This document shows positions 25,201 through 38,504 of a stretch of 64,000 nt of DNA, piece by piece (within the stretch, counting starts at the first letter, position 1; each line of letters starts with the position of its first letter). The notes beneath the pieces were generated by a model. That model saw nothing but the letters and a program-made list of their open reading frames with translations, was not told the DNA's origin and did no database searches. The position numbers and the translations under genes are program-made. The stretch is from Lama guanicoe (lineage: Eukaryota). The DNA lies in the NCBI GenBank assembly GCA_013239625.1, contig MU054001.1, positions 2,300,151 through 2,364,150 on the forward strand. Reading direction: 5' to 3'.

Positions 25201-25719
25201 GGAAAAAATGTAGTACAGTGAAAGTGTGAACTTTGAAACCAAGCAAAATCTCATCCTTGTCACTTACCAGGTGACTTTGGACGTATCACTTAAACCTGTT
25301 GTTAGTCACCTTTTCTAAAAAAGGTGTTCATTGTGAAGCTTAAATGGAATAATACATGGAAAAATCCCCAAGAACAAAGTAAAAACTTAACAAATGTCTG
25401 TTTCCTTTCTCAGCTCACCCATTTCTCCTTTCTCTTCCCTCCCCATTTTATCATAAATCATCCTTGAAGAAAGGGGTGAGGGGTTTCGGCCCAGGTGTAA
25501 GGTTAGAGAAAAACCATTTCTACTTTTACTACATCCTCTATCTCCAGCCGTATCTTCAGTTGATATGTCAGTGGAAGCCAGAGCCAGAGTCAACCTGGAT
25601 CACTCAAGGTCATTTCAAGGTTATCCCAAGGCGTTGAGAGTTGCCAGGAAATGCTCAGCCTCGTAGTTGCTATGAGAGAGTGACTGTTCTTACCAGGATG
25701 GCACCATGGTGTCCAGCAA

Positions 25720-25875
25720 TGCCCATGCTTCTCAAACTTCTACGTGTATCTGAATCACCAGAGCATCTTGTAAAATGCAAATTCTGATTCTTTATAGGGT
25801 GGGGCCCAAGATTCTGTACTTCTGAGGGGTTTTGAGATGATGACAAAGATGCTGGTCCCCAGATCATACAGCGAG
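25720..25875. mobile_element. MER5A-like hAT MITE
   Basis: gcttctcaaactt...gaatcacc...aaaatgcaaattctgattc...gggtggggcccaagattctg. Confidence 0.8.
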
Positions 25876-25914
25876 ATTCCCAGGGAAAGAAATGAGGATT
25901 TAGGGGCTGTTACT

Positions 25915-26110
25915 CAAAGTTAGAATCCTGAATCTGCTGTGGGTGAGCCTCAACATTTGGGCAAAATGTTTCTTTATTTCAAAACTCCATGTCCTCATCT
26001 GTAAAGCAGGCAACGATAATCATATCACCTCATGGTGTTGTTGCGAGGCTTAAATGAGATCGTACCTGTGAAAAACGTCGTCAGCTGAGAAGCACTGGGA
26101 AGTGTGAGCT
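25915..26110 (+). mobile_element. MIR
   Basis: gtcctcatctgtaaag...cacctcatggtgttgttgcgaggcttaaatgaga. Confidence 0.7.
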
Positions 26111-26888
26111 CTTAGTATCTCCACAGGCTTAAAGCACTGGGGCTCTCTCTCACCCAGAGTATTCTGTCCTCTCTCTGGCTTTGCAATGCCTTACACAGCA
26201 GATGTGCTGGTGTCTCTTCCCCATATGCTGTGGTAAGCACATCTCAGCTTCCAGAGAGATTTACCTTGTGCAACTGACAAGTGTCAGGAAAACGTGAACG
26301 AGGAGCCCTAAATCTAGACCACGCACTGTCCCTGTGGGCAGGGAGCTTGATGGGAGATCGAGGGGTGGCCCCCAAGCTAAGGAAAGTTGGTATAAATCGT
26401 CGACGCAAAGGCATCTTAACCAACTAGAACCTGTTAAACCAGGCCACAAGCAGTGAGACCCTACTTTTTCTTATGGGATGCAGTGATAAAGAAATTACAT
26501 AGTTATTTGAGAGGAACATAAATAAAGATTAATAGGTTAATGAGTTATTTTCCTTTCATTACTACACTATTGTACTTTATTATAATTGCTTTGCACTCAT
26601 TTAATTAAATTTGAACTGGGGCCAACACAAGATAATTTGTTTTCCCTGTACTGAACAATGAGTATGCAGATTGGATGTACTGAAGCAGTAATCAGCCCTC
26701 TGTTTGCAACACTTTTCTACTCCGAGTAGACATTATAATTGATAATTTGATTGTTGCAGCGCTCTGTGCAATATATTTTAAAGCAACATTAACATAATGG
26801 AAATTATGTTGTGAGCTTAATCTCAGCTTTTCACTGAGAGGCTATCTGGCTCCTCAGTGTAAACCAGGGAGGGTCTGACAGCCGCAGA

Positions 26889-27130
26889 TCTCTCTCTGTC
26901 TCTCTCTCATTCTCTTTCTCTCTCTTTGCCTCTCTCCCTCCCTCCCCTTTTCCCTCCCCCCCCCCTTTTTCCTGTTCCTTCCATGGTCCTCTTCATCCTT
27001 CTCTTTTCTAATTTTTCTAATTTTTCCTTCCTCCCTTCTTTTCCTTTCTTTCCCATCTTCTTTCCCTCTCTCTCTCTCTCCCTCTCTCCTTTCTCCCTTT
27101 TTCTCTTTCCTTTCTTCCCTCTTTCCATGA
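26889..27130. repeat. Long polypyrimidine/polypurine tract
   Basis: ~240 nt CT-rich with (CT)n segments. Confidence 0.9.
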
Positions 27131-27815
27131 CCATGTTCGTTTCCTTGTCTTGCCAGGTTCTCCAGATCCATTGAAAAAGGCAGAAGGATGAAATGGGGAG
27201 CGTGGAACAGCCACTCCCTAGCTGCCTTTCTGAATTTTGAGACCTGTTCACCTTCACGGCCCTAGGACATTCGGGAAAAGCAAGCGAGGGCCTTTCTGGC
27301 CAACAACCAAATGAGAACTTATCCAAGGTGGTCAGCATCACACTTTGTGCCCCGGATGATCATAATGGATTGATGTGCAAGGCGGTCGTGTGCTCTTTGA
27401 GGGCATTTCTGCAGATATGGGGAGATGAGGAAGAAGCCACTGGCATTGCCTCTGTCTAGAATCCTTTCCTCCCTTGGAGCTGCGAACACTTTCTTGCAAA
27501 GAGACAGACCTTTACCTTATGAATACATTCCAGGAAACAATTCTGTTTGGCCCGAGGGTTTCCTGTCCTACAATGGAAACTAGTGGTGAGGTTCTGTTTA
27601 ATGATCCCAGGCCAGAGATCTTGGGTACAGGTGGGGAAACCTTGTGCCCAGGTGACTTCTGTTGAATTTTCGCAACTCTGCAAATATTTGTTTCTGTGTT
27701 TGTTTTGGGAGGAAAAAACACCTGTGCGTGGTTGAAAAGGACCGTGTTTGCTTTGGAAGAGCCTGAGGTGGGCGTTCTGAGTGTTCTCTGTCTTCCTCTA
27801 AACTGTCCAGGGCAC

Positions 27816-27930
27816 GGGGGGTGGATATACTTCCGTGGTAGTGTGCGTGCTTAGTATGCACAAGGTCCTGGGTTCAATTCCCAGTACCTCCATTAGAAAA
27901 CGTTTTTTTAAAAAGATGCATTTACAAGGA
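27816..27930 (+). mobile_element. tRNA-Ala-derived SINE (camelid vic-1-like)
   Basis: A box-like region, CTTAGTA loop, B box GGTTCAATTCC; TSD-like aaactgtccagg / aagctgtccagg. Confidence 0.85.
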
Positions 27931-28799
27931 AAGCTGTCCAGGCCCTGATTTTTTGCAAATATCCAATTTCTTTGAAGAAAATCCTGCCCTTTATCTCCTT
28001 GCTTTTTCTGAAGCCTGGGCACCCACACTCTAGTCTTCTGTTAGATTTTCAAACTATCTGTCAGCATGGAGGAGAAAGTCCTAACGAACTGCTTGTGACT
28101 CTGGGGCGGGCAACTTTGGGGAGAAGGCAGATTTGTCTCATAAATGTATTCATTTCTTCCAGTGAACATTTGGGCATCAGAGCTGGCTCTGCGTGTCTTG
28201 TTTTGTTTTGTTTTGTTTCCTCTCTTCTCACCTATGTTTTTATTTTTCATAGAAGATTGAGCTAGAACTTGACTTATTTATACAACCATGACCCAGTCCA
28301 GAAGCAGCACTGTCTCCTTATTTGTTGAGGAAATGTGTCTTTTAGTCTCACCATCATGAGAGAGACTCCTCTCAGCTGGGTTTACTGTTCTAATTCTTTA
28401 TTTTTTTACAGAAAAAGGGCCCAGAGACTTAAATGTTTTTATATTTTACCTCTGTTTAAAAATTAAAGAGTGAACAGGGAACTCCTGTTTGCTTGGATGA
28501 AGTTGTGCTTCTTGATCACTGAGGCTGCATTTGAGTTGAGAAGCCCACAGCTGGGATGGGGTCCCAGCCTAGAGACACAATCCCAGCTTCTTGCATCAGC
28601 CCACCCATGGCTCCCTGCCTCTGGGGACATTGCTAAGAAGCCTGCTTCCAAACAAGGACCTGAGGGTGGATTCGTGGAGTGCAGACATCAGCCTTTAGGC
28701 ATGCAGCAGTTTCGCACTGAAGGAGATCACAGCAAAGGGCTTCTCTCCAGGTCCTGACCTTGGATTCCTGGCACCTGCTGCCTATATCATAGCACTTTG

Positions 28800-29115
28800 G
28801 GATATTCAGCTTGGCCCCTCAGTTTGTATCTATCATCATATGGTTGCCAAGGGAAGGATTCAAGTGCAAGTAACTTCTTTGGAGATGACCCCCATAAACA
28901 TCAGGAGGAGAAAGAAGGAATGCGACAAGACAGGAAGATAGCCACTAAATGATGTGTCTTTAAGCCACTTGGCAACTAGGGCTCCACCCTGTCCGGGAAC
29001 TTGGGGAGCCAAAGCAGAACCTGCATGCAGACTTTTCTCCCTGATGCGTGAGGGAGCTGGGGTATTTATACTGCAGCTCCCATCAATCATTGCGTGAGGA
29101 CTGCTCCCTGGGGTT
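28800..29115 (-). mobile_element. ERVL LTR (LTR16/LTR33-like) fragment
   Basis: ggagctggggtatttatactgcagctcccatcaatcattg...gactgctccctgggg. Confidence 0.55.
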
Positions 29116-30120
29116 GGCAGCGGGGTGGTGGGGGAGTGTTAATTCTCAAGGATTTGCACCACGCTGAAAGCATGGGCACAACAGGCTCTGGATGCCGGTG
29201 GAGGATCTCAGATGAGATGCAGAGGCTGTCAGTTGGAAGGTGGGCCCCCGCGATGTGTAAGAACCACGAGGCCAAGACCCGAGAGGACACGGTGGGCGTC
29301 AGCAGCATCTCCTGCAACTTCACTGTGAACTATCTCATGTGCATTTTTCTGTCTCTTTCTAGACGTTAAGCTCCTTAATGACAAGGGCTGAGCTCATGCT
29401 TTGGTCTGGGTTCCATAGCGCCCACCAGATAATCACATTTCTCATCTGTTTGGCACTCACAGCGGGTGGAACGCTAAGCACATCCCAGGGTTAATTCTAC
29501 CAGTCTTCCAAATGGCCCCGTGAGGTAGCTCCTATTATTATCTGCATCTCAGGGGAGGATAGGGAAGCACAGTGAGTTAAGTACCTAGCTGAAGTCAGGA
29601 GAGCCTGGCCCCGGAACCTACCCTTTGGGATGCTGTGCTGGACTGCCTCTCCAGCTTCCTGGTTGGAATCAGAGTCTGGGAGCTCTAGAGACCACCCATC
29701 CCCTAGCTATAGCTGTCATTTGTTGACTACTTCTCATTCATCCTAAGAGAAATGCTTTACATTCATTACTTTCTTTTCTTTTTTTCAATTTTTTAAAAAA
29801 TTTACCTTCTTTTAAAAAATTTTTAACTTATTTTCTTTTATGGAAATCTGGTCAGTTTACAATGCTGTGTCCATTTCTGGCGTACAGCGTAATGTTTCAG
29901 TCATAAATATACATATCTTTTTTTGGGCTGTGTAATACATTATGGATTTATTTGATCAATGTGATAACTGTGCTTTTTTTTAAAACACCTTTATTGTGGT
30001 AGGATTCCTGTACAGTAAACTACACATATTTCAGATGTACGATTTGATGAATTTTGATAGACATACACACCAATGAAACCACCACCACAATCAAGATAAC
30101 TAACAAATACACACACATAT

Positions 30121-30204
30121 TTTTAATGAAGGTGCTGGAGATTGAACCCAGGACCTCGCACATGCTAAGCATATACTCTACCACTGAGCTATGCCCTTCC
30201 TTCC
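30121..30204 (-). mobile_element. tRNA-Ala-derived SINE (vic-1-like)
   Basis: reverse complement reads ...ATAGCTCAGTGGTAGAGTATATGCTTAGCATGTGCGAGGTCCTGGGTTCAATCTCCAGCACC. Confidence 0.85.
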
Positions 30205-33189
30205 TCTTTACATTGTTTTCATGATCTCATTCCCATTTTGGAGCTAAGGACAGTGAGGTTCCAAGAGGTTAAATCACAAAGCTGGTGAGTGGAAGAGTCG
30301 AGGTTCAGACAGAAGCAGCAGCACACCGGACACTGAAGCCGCGATTTCAAGGAGCTGGCTGTCCTCCCTGGGCCTCTGCGGTGGGAAGCGGGCAGGGGGT
30401 GAAGGGAATCAAGAAAGAAGGTTACATCCATCCCCTGATTTGCCCCAGAGGAAGCAGGTGGGTCAAGGGTCAGGCAAGGGAAGAGGGTCATTAAGAACAT
30501 CAGAGACCCCCTCCAGTGCCCTGGTTCCTATCAGGAACATGGCACAATCAAGTGAGGTGGTTGCTGTTTTTTTTAATAACCTGTGATAGCATCCAGAGTG
30601 TTTTACAATCTACTTCCCTGTCCCCTGATGCAGCAGCAGGGCTGCCGGTATGAGGCCAACCCTGCCAGGCTGTCATACCTCCCATGCTTTGGAGGAAAAC
30701 TCTCTGTGGGTACTTGAAACTAACAACATGGCACCATCACATCCCACCAGGTAGATTTGGGGATTGCATGCATTCTGCTCCATGCACGGGGGCAACAGCC
30801 AAACCCGCCCAGGGTGCACTGACATTTCGGGGGTGCTGGAGCAGGCGGGAGGAGGGGGTACCCGCCCGTGCTCCTCTGGAGGGCATGCTTGGCCCTCGCT
30901 GGGTGGTGCTCGGCAGGGTCTACCTCTCTTGCCTTTGCTTCACTAGTTCCTTCTCCTTTTCTTCTTCGTTGATCTCTCGCCTCTGCCATATCCTTCCTAG
31001 AAAAGGAAGCCTATGTGGCAGAACAAGCCCTGCCCAGGGAATCGGGAGACCTGGCTGTAACTAACAAGACTGAGAGAGGCTGTGTTGGAGCCAGGCGGTC
31101 TCAGCTCTGAGCTTTGAGTTCCCACCAGCCAGGCAGCCTTCTTCTGCTCTTTAGATTCCAGCCCCCAGTCTGCAGCAAGGGACGGAAGCACCAGGTAATT
31201 GTTTTCAGCGCTTTTGAAAAGACAAGAGAATTTTGTTCACAATGTTTTATGAGGCTGCACATCTTAAATGTAGGTTTTACATTAAAAAAAAATCAAGATC
31301 ATTGGCATTCCTTGAAAATCAGATCTGGCCCCACTGGACCTCCACTCCTTCATGCTCTTGGCGTTGAGTTCCACTGTCCCTTCTAGGTCAGGTGTGTACC
31401 CCCCACCCAGGGCCCACACTCACTGTGTCTTACACTCACCCTGCTTCCGGGTTTGTAAGAGACTGGGGCGAGATAGAATCCCAAAGGGACCTCAGATGCT
31501 CCTAAAAATGCATACTGCTAAGGAGTTTACAAGTCTGTGTGTTTCCTGTGTGCGAAAACAAGACAAAAAGCCAGCAATAACCTGGGACTGACCTTAGATA
31601 ACGGCAGGAATAATATATCCTGCCGGTGCAATTTTCAAGGTGTCCCCATGCGTGGGAGTTCGTGGGTCCTCCAGCTTGGAGAGGCACAGGCGCCAGGTTC
31701 TGCTTTGCCCATGGTGAGCTGAGGAAGCCGAGCCAGGCACAGAGAGGTGAAGTGACTTGCCCGAAGTCACGAAGCTGCTGCTTGTCAACGCCTGAGCTCC
31801 ACCTCAGGTTTGCTCCCTCCTGGCCCAGTGCTCCCCCTCTTCTACCAGGAAGTCGCTCCACTTCAATCTGAATGCTAGCTTATGTCTCGTCTCCCCACCA
31901 TCTTATCCACTGGGCTCCTCTAACGGTGAGGCAGGTGCACAGGGCAGCTGTTACTAAACACATTTCAGCAGATGCGGAAACTGAAGCAGTGAGGTCCATC
32001 GGCAGAAACACAGAGTGAGCAGTTTTCCTGGTGGCATAATCTGAGGGATAATAGGAAGGACACGTGTCTCCCTCTCTCTCTCTCTCTCTGGGTGGAGGAG
32101 ATCCCATGACTCCTCCCTCTCCACTTTCTTAAGGGAGGAAAACAAGTTGGCAGGGAAAGGAGAGACCAGTAAGTACCAAACATCAATTCTTGCTCACTTT
32201 GCAAATCTGGAAACATCAGTTTGGGATTCTTTCTCCTCTTCTCCCCCCCCTTCCTGCCTTTCTTTTACTAGGCAAACAAAGAATTATCTAACAGTATTAT
32301 TTCAGACTCAAGATGTTCCATGGGCTTCTCGGTTATCCTTGTCAAAATCCACAGAAGGCCAAGCAGGAGGATGAGATCTATTTCCCAAGCGGGAAACTGA
32401 ATCAGCAATGGGACTAACAAGTCCAGGTTCCCTCAGCGGCTTAGAAACGAGGCTGAGTGCAAACCCCGGATCACTTGGGATTTCCGAGTGAGCCACGCTG
32501 TGTCTCTCAGAAGGGTTGTTGCTTGGTTTCGGAAGCATGTGCAGTGTGCCAGGTATGTGCTGGGTACTTCATGACAAAATTTCATACATCCACAAAATGT
32601 TCCCAGGAGGGCATATGGCCCGCTCCATCCCACCACTAAGGAAGCCAAGGAGGGCCTAAAATTCCCAGGATGCTGCCCAAGGTTGTCCTGCGGGCCTGGA
32701 TCTGACTCCAAAGCCCACACCCCCTCTACCACATTGATTTTGCAATAGAAAAATAAAATGGTCCATAATGCTCTCTCTTCCACCAATAATCCTGTGTCAG
32801 AGCCTTCCCTACTCCGTGCATCCCCATTCACCCCTCCTGGGTGTTTGGGGGTTTCCTGCAGGTCCTCTGGGACGATCTGAAGGTTAGATAATGTTTGGGT
32901 CATTTTGCTACCAAAGAAGCATCAACACACGTAAAAGGAAAGACAAAATTCTGCCTGGTCACCATTTATGCACTGGTTTTCATTCAGCTCAGGTTTGTCA
33001 CTTTTAATGTCCCTTCAGAAGGGAGTAGAGCTGGTTTAAACTGAGTCACAAGCACTCAGGAAGCAGAGAGCCCATGCCACACCCTTGACAGGGTGTACTG
33101 TGGAAGGGGGAGTGAACATTAACCAGAAGGCAAATACGGAAATATCAGCGAGGTGGTGTGTGGAGCGAAAAAGCAAGGAACACTGGACA

Positions 33190-33410
33190 ACAGTGGCTAA
33201 GCTCGTGGCCATGAAAATCAGCCAAAGTCTGGGTTCAAATCTCTCCTTTGATACTCACCAGCTGCATAGTTTGGGGCAAATTACCGAGCCCTTTTTAGCC
33301 TCCACCTTCTCTGTAAGTCTGGGGTGATGATAATATATTCCTCTGAGACTTGTGATACAGATTAAATGATGTAAAGTGTAGAATATGCCTGGGAGACCAT
33401 CTAGCATTTT
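33190..33410 (+). mobile_element. MIR
   Basis: ctgggttcaaatctctcctttgatactcaccagctg...ttggggcaaatta...gattaaatga. Confidence 0.75.
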
Positions 33411-34379
33411 TTTTGAATTACACTGTTCTTTTAAATGTTCTACAGCGCGTTCAGATTCAGGCTAAATCACCCACCATGTGAATCTATCAGCCTTAGCAGT
33501 AAGAATGGCTCTTTTGTGATGAGCAGGTGAGGCTATGCAAGCACCAAAGAAAGAGAGTGATGTGTCCCCTAGATTCTACTTAAGAGGAAAGATGGTGGAC
33601 AGAAAAGCAACAGGTGTTTAGAAATATGCGCAGAACAGACTTTGGAGGAGAATGCCAAGCGTTGATTGACCTGAGTCCTGGTTCTATGTAGGGGCATCCT
33701 GGTCAACGGATGTCATGCAGAAATGGGAACTGGCAGGGACTGGGAAATAGCAGCCCCACGACTTGGAGAAAGTAAGCTCCTGGCTCATAAGAGGCAGGAT
33801 GAAAGCTGATCCCAGTCCTTCCTGAAAAGAGAAAATGAGGGTATTCGATAGAACAATGCATGGGATCCGTGTGGATGCGGCGGTTCTGGCCGCGTACAAA
33901 AGTCTACCGTGCCTTTTTGGATACCTTATTATGAAAAGGATATGATGCCATTAGTGAGGCCCAGTGCAATCCAGCTGGAGTGATCGGGGGCACACAGTGC
34001 CGTGGACACTTTAAAGGGGAAGTGAAACCAGGCTGGCGTTCTCCAGGAAAAGGGAGATTGAGAGGAGGGCTTCGCGGAGTGACACAGCATTCTGCTGTGA
34101 AAACGGCATACAAGCTGAAAGGGCTAGTCCACTGGTCTTTCTCCCCGTCTCCCTTGCACTTCCCCCAATGCAAACAAGGCAGGGCAGCCTAAATGAATTG
34201 TGTGTTAACAAGGGAATTCAATAGATGGGCATTTAAGAAAACTTAACCTGGGAATCAAACAGAAAAGGAGAAAAAGAGAATGATGCATCACAGAATTAAG
34301 GCAAAGATTGCCTACAGCAACCAGTCTGGGGATTTTGGAGAAAAAGAAAAAGGAAAGCAAGAAAGACTGAGCAGTTGAT

Positions 34380-34745
34380 ATGCTCCAGAACTGACCCTGA
34401 AGTCCAGTACCCGGGTTCAACCCTCACCTATGAGTTGTGTGTCTTTGGGCAAGTCACTTAACTTCTCTGAGCCTTTTGTTTTTGGGACAATTAAAAATAA
34501 TACTGTGTGTAAAATACGTAGAATTGGACCAACTGTGGAATGGGCCCTCAGAAAGTGGTAGCTGTTGTTAGTGCAGCATTTTTTTTAGCCAGTGTTGGTC
34601 CACATAGCATCCTTGGGACAAGGTTCATGTTTTACATGTGAGGAAACCAAGGCTCAGAGAGATTAAATATTTTGCCCGAGGTCACACGGGCAGTAAATAT
34701 CCGAGCTCGTATTTGATCCCAGGTTTGCGTGACACATTCACTCCT
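34380..34745. mobile_element. Two opposed MIR fragments
   Basis: ctttgggcaagtcacttaacttctctgagcct; gaggaaaccaaggctcagagagattaaatattttgcccgaggtcacac. Confidence 0.75.
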
Positions 34746-35144
34746 GTCCTGCCTCATGCAGGTGATAAGGGGACAGACCAAATCCTACATGCTAGCTATG
34801 CTTAATCCATGCCTCCTTCATAGTTATATATTTATCTAGGAACCTAAATCATTAGCACATATTTACATGATTCCTACATCCATGAGGGCTCTGCAGCCCT
34901 CAGTGAAACCCCGGCTTGTATTTGGAGATCCTGGGGAGATGGACATCTTCAGGAGTCAAAATAAGAAGGGCGTGTGACTGCATGCATTACAGTCTGATAA
35001 AAAATAGCATTCGAGACAATGGCTTGGAGAGAGAAGGTTTGGTTATTTAGCAAGTGACTATGGGGCATCTCTGAAGATTCATAAACTTTCTATGTGCACG
35101 GACGTATTCCTGCCCTCAGCAAGCTTACTGTCTCGTAGGGGCTT

Positions 35145-35650
35145 CTGTGGATACAAGCTGCTATTCATCATCCATCCTTCTTTGCAGACTTCAGTTCAGA
35201 GTCTGGATTTTGTTCAGGACTGTCTAACCCCAGCAATGGATCATGCTTGACCTGGACAACTCATTCTCCTTTCCCAGAGATAGATCAGTGATGCCTATAT
35301 GGCTCAGTTCTAGCTAATAAGATGTAAGGAAATATGTGTAGGAAACTTCTCTCTTTCTCTGGCAAGAGAGACACCTGAGAAAAACACTTCTCCCATGCCT
35401 GCTTTCCTTGTACTTGGTATGCTGGGGTGAGGATGTGATGCTTGGGGCCATAGCAGCTATGTTGCAACCATGAGGGAAAACATTACTGATACATGACAAA
35501 TCAGGGAGACAGAGTTTAAGTTCTTGGTGACATTATTAAACTGCTAGACCAATCCTGAAACCACGTACTTCCATATGTCTTGCTATGTCAGTTAACTAAG
35601 TTTTTTTTCCCTTAAAAACCTATTACTTGGACTTTCTCTTACCAGATTAA
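35145..35650 (+). mobile_element. MLT1 (J/K-like) LTR
   Basis: gatgcttggggccatagcagctatgttgcaaccatgaggg...ttcttggtgacattatt. Confidence 0.7.
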
Positions 35651-36289
35651 TAATATGAGATGACCTTGGGATGGGACCTGGGTTTGAATTTTTAATAGTC
35701 CCAAATCACTCTAATAGGAGTAAGATTGTGAACCATTTTCCTACCCCATGAAAATCTTTAGTTTCATGGGAAGTGTTAGGGCATTCAGGAGAGGAGGAGA
35801 CTTCTTTCTGGACAGAGTATCAGTGAAAACATCTTGGCAAAGGTAGCATTTGATTTGCCCTGGATGAAGAGGTTGGATCTGGACCTGTGAGGATAAGAGA
35901 GAACGGTATTTGAGTGAGCAAAGCCCTGAGAAGCAGAGGCTGTGTATGGGGACGGGCCAGTAGCTCTATTTGGCTGGACCATAAGGTGTGCAAAGTAGGA
36001 GATGAAGCTGGAAAGATGGTTTGGGGCTGGGCTGGGTGTTGGGTGGCTGTTCAGGGTCATTGTAGGGACTTGGTGCCTAACACTGAGCTAGTGGCTCTAG
36101 AAGATGCAGAGAAGTTTAAGACCCAGCCTGTACCACTGCTCTGCTTCCAAAGCAATTGAAAAGACAAGAAATACTCATATGTAACTCTCAGGAACACAAA
36201 AAAGCCATCTACATAAATTTAAACTTCCCAGGGGATGGCTCAGGGAGAAATAGCCTCAGGATGTCCGAGTCTGGAGAGAAGGGTGTGGA

Positions 36290-37950
36290 GCAGAACAGAA
36301 GCATGAACTGTAGGATGTTAAAGGTGGATAGATAGCGACCGGCTCAGTATCTCACTTCGTAAATGATACGGGAATTCCATTTCTGACTGGACTGTGTCTA
36401 ACCTCATCTGGACAAGGATTTCACTAGTTTACATTTATTGTTGGGCCGTTTCAGTGATCATTCAGTTTTTGGTTTTTTTTTTAACATTACACGCGAATCA
36501 GTATTCTTGTTTAGCCCACTGACCAAGTTTTGCCTTACTAGCTGGGGGTGGGGAGCGGATAAGTTGAAGCATTGGTTTTACTACTCTGTAATACTAATAC
36601 AACCAGTTCCCTTCTCATGGCCCCATAGGATCCTTTGACCCTTGCCTTTGGGGTGACTTGATTTGGGTGATCGGAATATGTTGGATGTGATGCCAGCAAA
36701 GGCTTTTATTTTGTGTGCTCGTTTGGGAATGCCCTTTTGTGTCATCACTATGAGAAAAGTATTCCCCAGGGCACCCACTGATTCTCAAAGAAAAAGAGAC
36801 ATATGGAACAAAACTGAACCCCATCCATGATCTGAAGCCAAGCCCAGCCAAGCCCACATCAGATCAGACAAACTCCTGCTCACCTGCAGATACCTAAGAG
36901 GTAAATAGATGTGGTAATAAGCCGCAGCATTAATGTGGCAATAGCCAACTAAAACATACAGCGACAGAGATCAGGCCTACTCCCTTTTACACCTGAATGC
37001 TCTTCAAATAGATGGAGGTCATTATTATTCCCCGAAAATATCATCATTTTGTTCTCATTTGTCCCCAGTTGCTGATAACCATGCTTTGTGTGACACGCAT
37101 TCCAAATCCCTCCTGTATATAATTGCTAACTCTTTCACCCAGAACTGAGCAAACAATACTCCAGCTGTAATATGCCCCTCACAGATTCTATTAGGATCAT
37201 CACTGCCCTTCAACCGAAAATAATACTTTATTACTGCTTAAAATGGCATTAAATAAAAAAGCGGTTCCATTGTTGGAGCGTATTGAGCTTTGTGTTGATT
37301 AAAACCCTCCGATCTTTTCCGACTCAATTGCTGTCAGTCCAGCTCTCTGACCCTGTATTTACATAGTTGCCTTTTTTTTTTATGTTAAAGACAGATTCTA
37401 TTACGCTGAAATTGTATATGGTTAGTTTTCACCTAACAACAAGAACTGTCCATACAATTTGAAACCTTATTCTGCCATCAAACAATACCAACTATTCCTT
37501 CCCTATCTATACCATCCATAAATTGGGTGAGGATGCCTGCGGTGCCCTTATCCAAATCACTGAAGAAAGAATATTGACTATAAGAGGTGTAATGACAAAA
37601 GCCATATGGCGTATATCTAGAGATTTCCAGGTTGTATGTAAGTGCGGTTGGTTGAAATCAGCAACAAATCCCCTTTTAACTGCACAGTCCTCTTACCTGT
37701 GTTTTGGCCTGTTGTCCCCAAGAATATTATAAGTGACATGATCGCTTGCTTAGATCAATATTTATCAGTGAAGTAATTTTTAGCAAAAATGGAAGTAGGT
37801 TAGTACTGTCTGATCTGCTCTTGGAGAACCAATATTAGGCCTTGGTAATTACTTCTTTTTTTTTTCTATGGGCTTATCCACATTATTTAATAATCTCTAC
37901 CTTTAAAATTTTTAAGGAAATTTCTCATTGACGACATAGCATACTTTGAT
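36290..37950 (-). mobile_element. CR1/L3 LINE relic, interrupted by an MLT1-like fragment (~36580-36955)
   Basis: cccagaactgagcaaacaatactccag; minus strand near 37505-37535 gives LTQFMDGID, a decayed CR1 FADD-type RT motif; ttatccaaatcactga. Confidence 0.65.
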
Positions 37951-38504
37951 ACAATGTGCTCTAAGATGCCGTGTCTTAGGACACGTCACCCTGTACTTGG
38001 CCCAGTCTCCCACATTGCCTCCTGGACCAGAGGCATTTGTGCACCACCCCAAACCCACTCTGGCCTTGGGAGCAATTGAGCGGCCCCAGCGTGGGCATGC
38101 ATTGCTCCCGCAGTTACGAAGCCAGATTATACAGTGTCCAACCGTGTTACAGATGGAAGGGTTCACTGAAGCAGCAGCTGGGCTCCTCACTTCACATGAT
38201 GCAGTTCTCATGTCCCGCCCCAGGACTTGCCTCTTGCCACTGAAGTGCAAGATGCTATGACAGCCACTAGACACCTTCACGTGTCCACCTCCGAAGTGCA
38301 GAGGAGCCGGAATCCCTTGGCCATCCTTCTTCCTTCCTCCTTGCAGACGGGTGGGATGGAGACAAGGCAGTTTCCTATGCTCTTCCAGAAGACATCCAGT
38401 AAATCTAAGTGATCAGCACTGACATGCATGACTCTCTCTCCTTCCGGGCTTCCTTGGTACCAAAGCTCTTACCACAGGCTTTGCCTCTAGGTAAGCTGAC
38501 ACTC

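Noticed and set aside
26854..27341. Lys/Arg/Glu-rich ORFs
   Set aside because: Translation of the low-complexity purine tract
32433..32903. 156-aa minus-strand ORF
   Set aside because: No recognisable domain or supporting exon structure; ORFs of this length can arise by chance in 64 kb
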